From: an uncultured Methanoregulaceae archaeon
Lineage (GTDB): Archaea; Halobacteriota; Methanomicrobia; Methanomicrobiales; Methanospirillaceae
Assembly: GCA_963737635.1 (NCBI GenBank)
Contig: CAVTTL010000001.1
Span: 1,888,001 to 1,952,000 of the forward strand
Direction of reading: 5' to 3'
Length of the DNA: 64,000 nucleotides
Below are positions 1 to 10,572 of this stretch, piece after piece (within the stretch, counting starts at the first letter, position 1; each line of letters begins with the position of its first letter). The position numbers and the translations under genes are program-made. The notes beneath the pieces were generated by a model. It was given only the letters and a program-made list of their open reading frames with translations. It did not search any database and was not told the origin of the DNA.

Positions 1-34
1 ACAGCGTAAAATACGGTTTTTTCACCGGCATGTG

Positions 35-841
35 TCACACCCTTATTATCTGTGTCCTTACCCGGAGGGAGAAATTGTCGGGCTGCAGTCGGTCGACCGC
101 GACCATTAAAAGGAGTGTGTCTCCCGGATCGGTTCCGGTAGCGGTGATGTAGAATGACCCGTCCAGGTCAGTGGTATTGGTGATACCTCCCACCGGTCGT
201 GCAAGGCTTGGAGTGAGATGGAGAGCTCCCTGACCACTTGTTGCCGGAGGGAAGAATGCAAAGGGATACGTCGTCGCGGTCATTGCATCGGCATCTGTGA
301 GCAGGTTGTTAGAAACATCAATCGTATACTGGTGCGAGGGTGACTGGGCAAGTGGTGTGGCCCCGGGCATAGAGGTCCCTGCAGTGGCATTACCGGTAAC
401 GATATAAGCATTTGAACCCGTGCCGCTCTGCCGGTTCGTCCTCGTTGACCTGGGAGGGGTTTCCAGTCCATAGACATCAAAGACTGCCCTGCCACTGAGA
501 TCGGTGAAATTGTACGTCAAGAGAACGGATCTGGTTCTTACTACATTCGGATTTCCGCTCACCGGAGAGGCATTCAGGTCAATAAACATCAGGTACCAGC
601 TCCCGTTATCGGGAGCATCTTGTCCCGGTTCGATTCCCATGGGATCGTATCCCGGTCTCCAGGACTGCGGGCCATACTGGAACCCGGCCTTTGAGAAGAT
701 CTTATCAAGGAGAATGCCGGGTGCCGGGGTCCCGGTATCTGCAGGAAGAATTGTATCACCTAATGTATCCAGAATAACCATCCCACCGAGAAAACAGCCG
801 AGTAGTACCAGCGCGAGCCCGGCCCGGGTGCGAAACTCCAT
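35..841 (-). CDS. Membrane-anchored/secreted protein; circularly permuted copy of the repeated unnamed extracellular domain
   Basis: N-terminal hydrophobic helix. Motifs YGPQSWRP, YLMFIDL, AVFDVYG come before GALHLT, GSFYITATG, DTLLLMVAV, PDNFSL, the reverse of the block order in ORFs 3481, 12956 and 16286. Confidence 0.75.
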   Translation of the reverse strand: MEFRTRAGLALVLLGCFLGGMVILDTLGDTILPADTGTPAPGILLDKIFSKAGFQYGPQSWRPGYDPMGIEPGQDAPDNGSWYLMFIDLNASPVSGNPNVVRTRSVLLTYNFTDLSGRAVFDVYGLETPPRSTRTNRQSGTGSNAYIVTGNATAGTSMPGATPLAQSPSHQYTIDVSNNLLTDADAMTATTYPFAFFPPATSGQGALHLTPSLARPVGGITNTTDLDGSFYITATGTDPGDTLLLMVAVDRLQPDNFSLRVRTQIIRV

Positions 842-842
842 C

Positions 843-1552
843 TCAATCCCGTTTGTCCTCGACTAACCGGCCGCTTTCTTCCTTGACAAAGAGGACGGTC
901 TTGTCTCCAACAGGGCAGGGCCGGGGCGGCTTGTCGGGCCGGAAGAACACCGTCCCGTCAATAAACTGCCTGCCGTCAAGAGAACAGATCTCATCGATAC
1001 CGTGTTCCCGGAGGACTTTTACCGGCGCAGATGTAAGCAGATCGCGGATATCCCCTTTCTGGAGATATCTCCCGTCACTTTTACTGTAAGCAAGTCCGAT
1101 ACCGGCAAGGGCACCGATGACGCCATCCTCGGTACCTCCGAGACCTTTGAGCCTGATGCACAGGTTTTTTGCGAGTGTACGTGCCCTTTCCTGAGTGAGA
1201 ATAGTGCATTTTGCATCTTGGCCGTAGATAATGAGCGAAGGGGTGACCTGGCTTTCGGCAGCCACAGCAAGACCGGGATCGCTTCCCTCCAGGAAATCCC
1301 CGAGCATGACGTCTTCCGCAGTTTTGAAAATACGATCCATGGCACCGTCATCAGCCTGTACATGGATCACCGCGTTGCTGTTGTGGGAGGTATAGGGAAT
1401 ATCCGGGTGGACATACAGCTGGTGTCGTGTAACCCCGTAGACCGGATACTCTGCGGCGACGGTGTCGGCAATCGCCCGTGCCAGTTTCCCGGTACCCGCG
1501 GACCGGTGAGGGTATCGGTATCGTCAATACTGATATAGATCGTGTGGATCAG
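843..1552 (-). CDS. Stand-alone protein resembling the N-terminal catalytic region of TiaS (frameshift near 1495)
   Basis: Joining two frames gives IYISIDDTDTLTGPR-GTGKLARAIA...VTRHQLYVHPDIPYTSHNSNAVIHV...GSDPGLAV...GGTEDGVIGALAGIG. Start codon uncertain. Confidence 0.65.
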
Positions 1553-1698
1553 CTCGATCGTACTCTGGGAAAAGAAAACAATTATAGTTTTGTTTAATTT
1601 TCCCGATTCTTAAATGATTGTGATTACCGGGAACGCCGTCGACCAGGGTCATGCCGGACCTGGTTTTTCAGTCCCCTCCTTCGGGGTATTTCCTTCGT

Positions 1699-3231
1699 TT
1701 ATGACCTCCCGGGCACAGCCAACCATTTCCTGAAATTCCCCGGGTCCGGGGCGTCTTTTGCAAACCCGACGGAGATTGCCCGGTTTAGTACCCAGCGGAT
1801 CTTCACCGTCAGTTCTTTATGGGCTCCTATAAGATTCTCCAGTTCTCCCCCCGTTAGTTCAGCGCCGTCACCAATCTCGTGGGAAAGGAAGATCCGGATT
1901 GCCCGGCCGGTCTTCCGGTACGCTTCCGGATAGAGATCGCGGGCGGCATCTGATTCAGCCTCGTTCAAGAGGCGGTTGGCGGCCTCCTGTGGCGATTCCT
2001 TTCGTTCCGGTTCAACAGTAGCAGGGAGATCTTTTTCCCGGAACCGGGCGAAGTACCAGATCCCTGCCGACAGGAGAAGGACACTGGCCAGTGCAATAGC
2101 AGGACCAGCATAGGAAAGCGGATCAACTGGGCTGTCTCCGGCAAATGCGATGACACTTCCGTTCTCAATCTCTGCGCTTGCGTGGAGCATGCGGTTGTCA
2201 GGATTTGAGTAGGTAAGATCTATGGTTTCCTGATCAAGCGTGACATTGATCCCGGTCTGGTTAAGCGTGAACCCGTTACCGGTGACGCTGTTCAGGTAGT
2301 CCTGGTAGGAGGCATTGTCGACCAACACACTTGGAAGGGGGACTGGATCATGAGACGATTCTTCAGCGAACATGACGTGGGTCTCATTTACCGATCCATC
2401 AATAACCGCGGTTTTTTTCCCGGACATATACATCTGTGAAAAAGTCCCGGTACTGTTTGAAACCGGGTGGATATCGGTCTTTTCTAGCATAAAACCACCG
2501 GCGGATAACGAGCGGTTCAGCGATTCTATAAGGGGATCGGTTGTAATATATCCCAACAGTTCATCCTGCTCTTTTTCGGATTGGTTGATTTCGCGTTCAA
2601 CTTCAGACTTGAATGCCTGGCTGTCCTGCGGGATTTGGGCATTGATGATCGCGGCGTCCGGGTTGTTTGCGACGTTTGGACGATTGGACGGTCCTTGTCC
2701 TAACTGACCGGTGCCAAAAGGGTTGCTGCCACTTGAACTGGACAGCGTATCCGTCCCGAACAGGGGGGTCTGATCTGGTGCAGGAGCCTGCGGGTTAGTG
2801 ACATAACGGACAGTAAGTTGTGGAAGGACGACACTGTGCTGGCCGCCGTTATCGTACGTAAAGATCACTGTTACCCTGTAATCTGCGGGAACATCTGATT
2901 CGCCCACGTTTATCATGATAGTCCGTTCATCGGTAAAAGCAGAGAGGGCCAGGGATTTGATGTTCTCGTTTGCCGATGCTGCGTTCTCCTGGACCGTCAT
3001 CAGGCTGAGCGTCCCCGTGACGTCATGGCTGTAGGTACTTACTATTGAGATCGGGAGAGCAGCCTGCATACCCACGGGGAAATAGTAGATATCCTGCGGT
3101 ATCGAGAGGTTAACGCCATCAGCAGCAACTGAAGGGATACCCAGAAAAATGGCAACAATGAGGAAGAGACCGGCTATCGGTAGTGTGGTAATATACCGTA
3201 GGTCCTTTGTTTGCCGGTTTGGATGGATCAT
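1699..3231 (-). CDS. Hypothetical exported protein with a C-terminal TM helix and helical cytoplasmic tail
   Basis: 510-aa ORF with signal-like N-terminus and TM segment near aa 375-395; C-terminus possibly frameshifted. Confidence 0.65.
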   Translation of the reverse strand: MIHPNRQTKDLRYITTLPIAGLFLIVAIFLGIPSVAADGVNLSIPQDIYYFPVGMQAALPISIVSTYSHDVTGTLSLMTVQENAASANENIKSLALSAFTDERTIMINVGESDVPADYRVTVIFTYDNGGQHSVVLPQLTVRYVTNPQAPAPDQTPLFGTDTLSSSSGSNPFGTGQLGQGPSNRPNVANNPDAAIINAQIPQDSQAFKSEVEREINQSEKEQDELLGYITTDPLIESLNRSLSAGGFMLEKTDIHPVSNSTGTFSQMYMSGKKTAVIDGSVNETHVMFAEESSHDPVPLPSVLVDNASYQDYLNSVTGNGFTLNQTGINVTLDQETIDLTYSNPDNRMLHASAEIENGSVIAFAGDSPVDPLSYAGPAIALASVLLLSAGIWYFARFREKDLPATVEPERKESPQEAANRLLNEAESDAARDLYPEAYRKTGRAIRIFLSHEIGDGAELTGGELENLIGAHKELTVKIRWVLNRAISVGFAKDAPDPGNFRKWLAVPGRS

Positions 3232-3480
3232 TTTTCACCCGGTCTCGTATTCCCCATGTTGCCGGGGAAGACCCCGTCTCCATGTGATCGTCTGATAGGA
3301 TCCGGTACTGGGCGGATACCATACAGCTCTCGTTTGGCGATATACTGAGTACGGGAAGGCCGGGTATCTCTTCATTGAGGATATATTTACTAACTTTGAA
3401 AATAAAAAGAATTACTCAACCAAAAAGTTAATCCCATTCGGTTAATTATTCTGGTTATTTGGATAACGGAGTATATTTTC

Positions 3481-5714
3481 ATGATCGAACCACGACAGGC
3501 AGGATGCCGAACGCAAGCCTGGAGGACAGTCCTCGTCATCGTTTTGGGTCTTTCTTTTTGTGTTGCACCGATACTTGCGGATGACGAGGCCGGCTCCGTT
3601 GGCGTATTTCCAGGATATTATGATATCAGTAACGTTATCTTTGCAAACGCAAACCAGGGGGCTTATTATTTCGCGTTCGATGAAGACGGCGGGGGGATCA
3701 ACGCCATCCATATGGCCTCGACCGATCAAGCCGCACCAAACTACGGTGATGTAACGACCACGACCTCCCCATCCGGTACGTTCTATATCACCGATACCGG
3801 CGGACGGGGATACCAGGATGAAGCCATTTTAATGGTCGCTGCAAAGGCACCGATCCCAAGCAACTTTTCCATCCATATCACATCCAGCGGGTATACCTGG
3901 ACCCCGACCGGGAATGCAAACGATCAGCCCATTCTTGCCAACGTCACGTATCACACCGGTATCGACTCTACGTTTACCCCCGGCCAGTTTGTCTACGGCC
4001 CCCAGAACTGGCGTCCTGCCGGGAAAAACCAACCGGAGAATTATCCCCTTTACAATGGTGACGATACCACCGATACGATCGATACATATTATCTGATGTT
4101 TGTCGATCTTAAGTCCGGGCCTTTAGGTCCCCATGGAAGCAATATCGATGAGAACACGATCAACACCCTCAATAACCACGGGGCGGTCCGGGTCGATTAT
4201 ACCCTCAGTAACTTAAATGCCGTCGTTGCATTCGATGCCTATTGCTGGAACTCGAATACCAATGGTGGTCCCCTGACCGACAGGGGCATCTCCTGGTCAA
4301 ATGGTCTCAATAGTCAGGCATCTGTTCCTTCGATGATCAGCGGGTATACCGTCCTTGGTCCTGCCTACGCCAGCGATCAAGGAGAGTTCCCCACCTTGGC
4401 CGGCCAGTCCCCGCAGTACAAATCACCCGATGCCTCATTTACGTCCAACGCAACATCCGGGACCGCGCCGCTTACCGTCCAGTTTACGGATACCACGCTC
4501 CAGTCCGTCAAAACATGGTCCTGGGACTTTGGTGACGGGAGCAACTCATCCGCGCAGAACCCGACGCATACGTATACGACCGCGGGAACCTATACCGTCA
4601 CCATGACCGTAACAAATCCCCAGGGAATGAGCGGTTCGGCGACGCAGGTCATTACAGTCACATCCTCCTCCGGCGGGAGTTCGTCCGGAGGGAGTGGCGG
4701 GGGAAGTGAGAGTGGTGGCTCCAGCGGTGGTTCAGGCAATAGTTTCGTTCCGGCGCAGGTCAGTTTCACCTCAAACGTAACCACCGGCGTAGCCCCGCTT
4801 GCGGTCCAGTTCACCGACACCTCGACCACCCGGAATATTTCGAGCTGGGCCTGGAACTTCATGGGGGGTAATAGTACGGATAGTTCTGAGCAGAACCCGA
4901 CGTTCGTCTTTACCAATGTCGGGAATTACACGGTGAACCTGACGGTAACTACATCAGACGGATCGGTCCTCAACGTCTCCCGGCAGGAGTACATCCAGGC
5001 GACTCTTCTCCCGGCATCCATGGGGGGCGGGTGGGTCTCCTCGGACCAGTATACCCCTCCTGCCACTACCGTGACGTATCCCCTGTCTGCGATTCCCTCC
5101 GGTGGATCAGCGACGGTTAACATCAGCCAGGAGGTGACCAGTACCGATCCGGCGGGATCAATTCGATCAGCATAACTGCAGCACGTTCGATCGCCGATAC
5201 AACCCTCAACGTTTCAGAAGGGGATGGCGGTGTCGATACTTCCCAGATCTCCAGTCGCCCGATAGCGGGCGTCGTCCAGATCGAACCGGTCGGCGTAGAC
5301 CCGTCATCGGTTAGCAGCGGGACCATCACGTTTGCGGTCAGTGATTCCTGGGTAACGTCTCACCAGATTTCAACCTCTGATATCGTCCTTGATCGCTATC
5401 ACGAAGGAAACTGGGTCGATCTCCCGACCGCGTACTCCTACCAGACCGGCGGATTGGATTTCTTTACCGCAACAACTCCCGGGTTCTCGTTCTTTGCCGT
5501 GACCGCAAAGTCGTCTACTGCAATGGTATCATCCGATACCGGTACGAATGGAGGTACGCAGGCAGTGAAATCGCCGGGAAATGCATCTCCTGCCGCGGTT
5601 TCATCCACTGGCAGATTTTCTCCTCTTGGGGTGAAGGTTGCCGAGACCCTTCTGGATTGCTTAATCGTCGTCGGTGTTGTCGGCGCCGGGGTGATCGTGT
5701 GGAAGAAGCTGTAA
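3481..5714 (+). CDS. Cell-surface protein: unnamed domain + 2 PKD + PGF-pre-PGF domain + TM anchor (frameshift near 5160)
   Basis: Signal peptide; PKD motifs (VQFTDT, WSWDFGDG, NPTHTY); Ser/Gly linker; downstream frame gives [13 protein letters not shown] and a C-terminal TM helix ending WKKL. Confidence 0.8.
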
Positions 5715-5784
5715 CCGGAATCTACGGGTCAGCCGGATGTGTGTGCCAGACGGTTGGGGGCATATCTGAAGAGCGGGGACAGCC

Positions 5785-6567
5785 ATGGAACCTTTTGCAC
5801 TCACTACCATAACCGTCCTTCCCGGGAAGGCCAGGAACGGCTGCAGCGAATCCTTCAAGGAGATCACGATCCGTGCCGGTGATATGATATCGATTGTCGG
5901 CCCGACCGGTTCCGGGAAGACTGCATTCATCAACGATATCGAGGTCTTCGCCCGGAACGATACAGTGACCGGGCGCACGATCCTGGTCAATGGGGAAGTC
6001 CCCCCGGATGAGATGGTGCGGGACCCGGCACGAAAACCGATCGCCCTCATTACCCAGAACACCAAGTGTCTTGCGGATCTGACGGTCCGGGAGTTCCTAG
6101 AGATGCATGTGAAAGCCCGCAGGATCCCGGACGAATCCCGTACCGAGACCACGATCACCCTTGCAAACGAGTTTACCGGCGAGAAGATCGCGGGGGGGAT
6201 GCGGATGACGGCACTCTCCGGCGGTCAGACCCGGTCGCTCCTGATCGCTGATGCCATCGCGGTCAGCAGCGCCCCGATCATTCTTCTCGACGAAGTGGAG
6301 AGCGGGGGGATCTTTAAAGAGAATGTGATCGCGTCCCTCAAGAACAACAACAAAGCGGTCCTCTTTGTCACGCACGATCCTCTTCTTGCCCTCCTTTCGG
6401 ACCGGCGCATCGTCATGAGGAACGGGGCGGTTGAATCTATCCTCGAACCGGAAGGACGCGAGAAGAAGGTCCTCGCCCGGATCTCGGAACTTGACCGCTA
6501 CCTCTCCAGGATGCGGGAGAAGATCCGGGCCGGGGAACTCCTGGAAGATGAGGTGCCGGTCCCATGA
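5785..6567 (+). CDS. ABC-type ATP-binding protein with no adjacent permease
   Basis: Walker A GPTGSGKT, signature LSGGQ, Walker B ILLDE, H-loop VTHD. Confidence 0.9.
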   Translation: MEPFALTTITVLPGKARNGCSESFKEITIRAGDMISIVGPTGSGKTAFINDIEVFARNDTVTGRTILVNGEVPPDEMVRDPARKPIALITQNTKCLADLTVREFLEMHVKARRIPDESRTETTITLANEFTGEKIAGGMRMTALSGGQTRSLLIADAIAVSSAPIILLDEVESGGIFKENVIASLKNNNKAVLFVTHDPLLALLSDRRIVMRNGAVESILEPEGREKKVLARISELDRYLSRMREKIRAGELLEDEVPVP

Positions 6568-7273
6568 AACTGCTCATCTTTGCCGGACCCCCCAGTGCCG
6601 GAAAGACGGCTGTAATCCGCCAGATTATCCGGCAGCTGGCTCAGAAGTATGCAATCGCCTTTCTCAAGATCGATGTCGTACGGGCGTTCGAAGACGAGGA
6701 GTTGTCGGCGGAGTTCGGGATCCCGGCACGGAAAGTGTATTCCGGGGACGTCTGTCCGGATCATACCGGTATTCTGGTCCTCCGCGACGCGATCTCCTGG
6801 GCCGACGATCTCGGCGCCGGTATCCTGATCGTAGAGAGTGCCGGACTCTGTCTCCGGTGCACACCTTATACAACGCAGTCTCTCGGTATCGTCGTGCTCT
6901 CCGCGGTCGGTGGGACGAACAGTCCCCTCAAGATGGCGCCGATGATCGCGCTTGCCGATATTGCCGTTGTCACCAAGGTCGACTTGATTTCACAAGCGGA
7001 AAAAGAGGTCTTCCGGGAACGGGTGCGGGAGGTTGCGCCGGAGGTCGATATCATCGAGACCAATGCAGTGCAGGGAACCGGGACTCAGGTACCTGATGAA
7101 GGCGATAGAAGAAGTTCCTGCCATGACCGCCCCGGATGCGATCGTTCTCCGGGGCATGCCGCCGCTTGGGGTCTGTACCTATCTGTGCCGGGAAAAAGGA
7201 GATCGGGTGGCAGCACCATTTCGGGATCCTCAAGACTCTTGACAGTGCCGACGACCTCTACCGGGGAGAGTGA
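6564..7273 (+). CDS. HypB/UreG-like (G3E/SIMIBI) GTPase, frameshifted near 7085 and 7180
   Basis: GPPSAGKT, CPDH, ESAGLCLRC, TKVD motifs; alternative frames continue LRGMPPLGVCT-ICAGKKEIGWQHHFG to a stop at 7273; ATGA overlap with the upstream gene. Confidence 0.8.
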
Positions 7274-7279
7274 AGGTTC

Positions 7280-8140
7280 ATGGTATGGGAACCGCCCGGC
7301 CGGAACTGCGGGGCCTGCGGAGTCGCGAACTGCAGCAATTTCCTGTTGATGGCCAAGATTGGGAAAAAGGATCTCGGAGACTGCCCCTATTACCCACGAC
7401 GGTCCGGCCCGGGCCGGGTACTGGCCCCTCCCGTGTATTCAGGCCGGGACATTCTCGGGCTCGATTACGATTTCGTGATAAAAGCGTTCCCGGACGAACC
7501 ATCTGCCCGCCGCTACATCCAGCCGTTCCGGCCCGACCTTGCCGAGCGATGGGAACTCGGGCCGGGAGATATCCTCCGGGGGCGGCCCATCGAACCCAGC
7601 TGCCCGGTCCAGCATGTGCTCCGGGTTATCTCATCCGACCCGGTGACGGGAATCCTTACCTGCCATACGGTTGGACCGGTAGTCGCCCGCAAGAGCGACA
7701 AGGTCTTCGATATCCGGGCCTACCATGAGATCGGGTTTGAAGGCGTGGCGGAGATTACCCGGCACGAGCCGGTGGTCGGGTTCCGAATGCGGTTCCTTCC
7801 TGCGAACTGTATGCGCCAGATGGTCCATTCAGGCGTTGTCCAGATGGTGCTGAACAAATCGACCGGTATTCACGTGCTGGTGGAGGATATCCAGATGCAC
7901 GGGAAACGGGAGAAATTAAAAGATATCACTATCCGGCCCGGTGACTCCGTCTCCATCAAGGACGAGTCAGGTTTCCAAAAGACGGTTTTCATCGATGGCA
8001 TTGAAGTACACAGTACCGATGGCACCTTCCTGGAACGATCCCGGGAGCATGGCAACCCGGATCACCCGGGACGCGGATCGGGTCAAGGTCATCGTCACCG
8101 CCACGATCATAGTGGGTCACGGCAGGACGATGATGATTAG
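7280..8140 (+). CDS. Predicted Fe-S protein (COG2000-like) with His-rich C-terminal tail
   Basis: N-terminal NCGACGxxxC...CPY cluster motif; CPVQH; CMRQMVH; tail HRHRHDH. Confidence 0.75.
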   Translation: MVWEPPGRNCGACGVANCSNFLLMAKIGKKDLGDCPYYPRRSGPGRVLAPPVYSGRDILGLDYDFVIKAFPDEPSARRYIQPFRPDLAERWELGPGDILRGRPIEPSCPVQHVLRVISSDPVTGILTCHTVGPVVARKSDKVFDIRAYHEIGFEGVAEITRHEPVVGFRMRFLPANCMRQMVHSGVVQMVLNKSTGIHVLVEDIQMHGKREKLKDITIRPGDSVSIKDESGFQKTVFIDGIEVHSTDGTFLERSREHGNPDHPGRGSGQGHRHRHDHSGSRQDDDD

Positions 8141-8278
8141 CGGACCACACTATTTTCACGACGGCAGTAATTTCCACTTGATAAGTACATGGGTTAAGTT
8201 AACATCATAGTCTTTATTTTACTTTATAGTCATATTATTTTAGTTACTTATTTATAATGCAAAAGACAGTATTCATAT

Positions 8279-8365
8279 GATAATGCTATCTCCTTCCTGG
8301 AGATTCGGTACAAGGTCTCATGAGTATACCCGAATCCGAAGGAAGGTCGGTCGATATGCATTATC
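8279..8365. other. Long imperfect stem-loop in an intergenic region (candidate structured RNA or repeat element)
   Basis: Nested complementary arms gataatgc/gcattatc, tatc/gata, ccttcct/aggaagg, gattcgg/ccgaatc. Confidence 0.5.
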
Positions 8366-8499
8366 TCCCAGAGCCTTTATGAAATACACCATAGACTCAC
8401 GCAGATAAAGAAAATAGGACACATGCACACAAACTTCCCGCGGGAACCGGTCTGAGGCCGGTTCGTCCCCGGGTTTGGGGTCGACTCTTTTCTAGGAAT

Positions 8500-8780
8500 T
8501 TTATTGATTGGCGTCCTTTGGTTCAGGATCATCTTTTTGGAATTCCACGATTGAATTGATACCAACTTCGAATTTCACGCTTTGATCTTTCGAAAGCAGA
8601 ACAACTGTGCCACGCTTCAGGACCCGCTCGGTTTCTTCGATCAGATGGATCTCATAATCCTTGATAATAAATTCGTTGATTACGTCGTCAAAGGTTTGTC
8701 CCTGCTTTATGTGCTGGTAGACAATCCTCCAGATACGGAGGGTTACGGGACCTTTTTGTTGCGCATTCTGATTTTGTCGT
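8500..8780 (-). pseudogene. Decayed antitoxin + RelE-start remnant, paralogous to 22511-22998
   Basis: Minus strand reads (ACG)TKSECATKR..PVTLRIW..GQTFDDVINEF..KD.E.HLIEE, then VKFEV; matches MTGSECATKRIPV...GQTFDDVINELL and MNFEV. Start codon mutated and frame broken. Confidence 0.7.
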
Positions 8781-8924
8781 GAGAAACTGTGAAGTATTGT
8801 GCATATTTACTTTTACCTTACTGTAATTCGGAAGGTATTCCCGGCGGTAGTATTTATCTTTTAGAAATAACTATTATCTTTTATCCATGCTAATATGATC
8901 TGAAATACCAGATCCTGATGAACT

Positions 8925-9128
8925 ATGTCTGCAATCAAAACGAATGCTGTATATAAAGAAGGGACGCTGATACTTGAGGATCGTGTGAACCTGCCGGAAC
9001 ATGCCCGGGTAGAAGTTGTTATCCGGAAAAAATTTTCTGATTTCGTGAAAACCTTTGGAGCACCCGAGGCCAAAGAAGATATTGAAAACACTCTTGCGAA
9101 AAACCGGAGACGCATACGGGATGCATGA
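8925..9128 (+). CDS. Antitoxin (AF2212/DUF104-like)
   Basis: MSAIKTNAVYKEGTLILEDRVNLPEHARVEVVI pattern; overlaps the downstream PIN gene. Confidence 0.75.
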   Translation: MSAIKTNAVYKEGTLILEDRVNLPEHARVEVVIRKKFSDFVKTFGAPEAKEDIENTLAKNRRRIRDA

Positions 9129-9597
9129 GTTTTCGTCCGGTATCATCGATACATCTGTGATCATCAAGGCACTTTTCTCTCCGTCACGAAAGGATGCGGG
9201 CGCTGCATATTCCCGGGAATTACGGACGCACCATACATGTGTGACGTTACTTGCCGCTCTCGATGAACATGGGATAGAGGTTTTTCTTCCCCGTTGCGGC
9301 CTTATTGAGATTGCTGCAGTAGCCACAAGGATCTCTAATTCTCGGGATTCCGGGGAGATCTGTAATGAAGTGGAAAGCAGTTATACGCTTGTCCCGGAAG
9401 ATCGGATTTTTGAAACGGCTAAGACCATTGCCCTCACTGAAGGTTGTCCCGGTTTTGATACATACTTTATTGCACTCGCTGAGCAGCAGGCATATCCACT
9501 TTTTACTGACGATATAGGAATGTTCCGGATCTGTCAGCGGAGATCGATTTCTGCCCATCTGATCCGGGATCTTGATCTCGAATCGCTTTTCTCCTGA
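9121..9597 (+). CDS. vapC: PIN-domain (VapC) toxin
   Basis: IIDTSVII, conserved Glu, FDTYFIALA, LFTDD. Confidence 0.8.
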   Translation: MHEFSSGIIDTSVIIKALFSPSRKDAGAAYSRELRTHHTCVTLLAALDEHGIEVFLPRCGLIEIAAVATRISNSRDSGEICNEVESSYTLVPEDRIFETAKTIALTEGCPGFDTYFIALAEQQAYPLFTDDIGMFRICQRRSISAHLIRDLDLESLFS

Positions 9598-9799
9598 TCA
9601 GGTTTCTCCCGGTACGTTATATTGTACTGCGGATTTGCATCCGATGCTCATCACTCTTTCCCGGGCAGCTCCCGGATAATTCTCGGTGCATTTATTTCTT
9701 TGATTCTGTCTAATGGCCGGAATCCAGCACTACGTTATCGCGCATCGCGATTCTCACGGATGGTGTCTGTGGCAGGCAGACGTTTTCCTGCCGTACAGG

Positions 9800-10014
9800 T
9801 GTACCTCCCGCGCCCATGCGAGGAGCTCAACCTTGCGTTTTTGCCTGACCGCCCGTTCAAAGGCTGCCACACCTATGGCAGAACTATTGACGAGGCGCTT
9901 TCCCGCGTCAAGGAAGTTATTGAGCTCTGCATGGAGGATTCGCAGGCAGAAAATCTGCGCAGAAAACAAAAGAGACCTAATCTGATCCTTACTTTTTACC
10001 CGAAGAGTTCCTGA
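9800..10014 (+). pseudogene. HicB antitoxin remnant
   Basis: GCHTYGRTIDEALSRVKEVIELCMED is the HicB core; no credible N-terminus. Confidence 0.6.
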
Positions 10015-10241
10015 AGGATTAACCCCACGTCTCTTTTCTGGTGATCTGCAATATCTTTAAGAATTCTATGGAGAGTACCGACGCGAAGGGGTTTATGCCG
10101 GGGAATCGTTATGTCATGTTTTTTTCCATTTACCCGAACCGAAAGCCGCTGGTGACTCCCGGTCTGATGATCGATACTATACCCATACCTATGAAGAAGA
10201 TGGGCAAGTTCGTCGCCGTCGATATTTCTGGGCAGTTTCAT
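9996..10241 (-). CDS. hicA: HicA-family toxin
   Basis: GY...QTGSH.RL...H.ITIPRHKPLRVGTLHRILKD. Confidence 0.85.
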   Translation of the reverse strand: MKLPRNIDGDELAHLLHRYGYSIDHQTGSHQRLSVRVNGKKHDITIPRHKPLRVGTLHRILKDIADHQKRDVGLILQELFG

Positions 10242-10459
10242 ACTGCCATCAGTTCCTCTTTTACCAGGTGAAGCCGGATGAGGGCAGGCCTATCTTTAGT
10301 GGTAAAATGGCAGGATACTGCATCATGAACCATCTCCTTAAGTTCTTCAAAGGTATCTGCCTCCGTGAAGATAGAATGATTTAATGACCGTGCTTCATAT
10401 CCTCCTTCCGGAGATTCTTCGACAATAAAAATAATTTCGTTGGTCTTATCAATCCCCAT
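10238..10459 (-). CDS. Short HicB-like antitoxin
   Basis: IIFIVEESPEGGYEARSL...IFTEADTFEELKEMVHDAV; ATGA-coupled to hicA. Confidence 0.8.
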   Translation of the reverse strand: MGIDKTNEIIFIVEESPEGGYEARSLNHSIFTEADTFEELKEMVHDAVSCHFTTKDRPALIRLHLVKEELMAV

Positions 10460-10572
10460 AAAAATTCCTTTATTACATATATCGTGGTCTGGGTCATCAA
10501 CTTTTCAGTGGCGCACCTTTAGTACCCGGACATTTTCGTCCGATGATTGCTCCAGCCGGTCTATCCTGGGGA

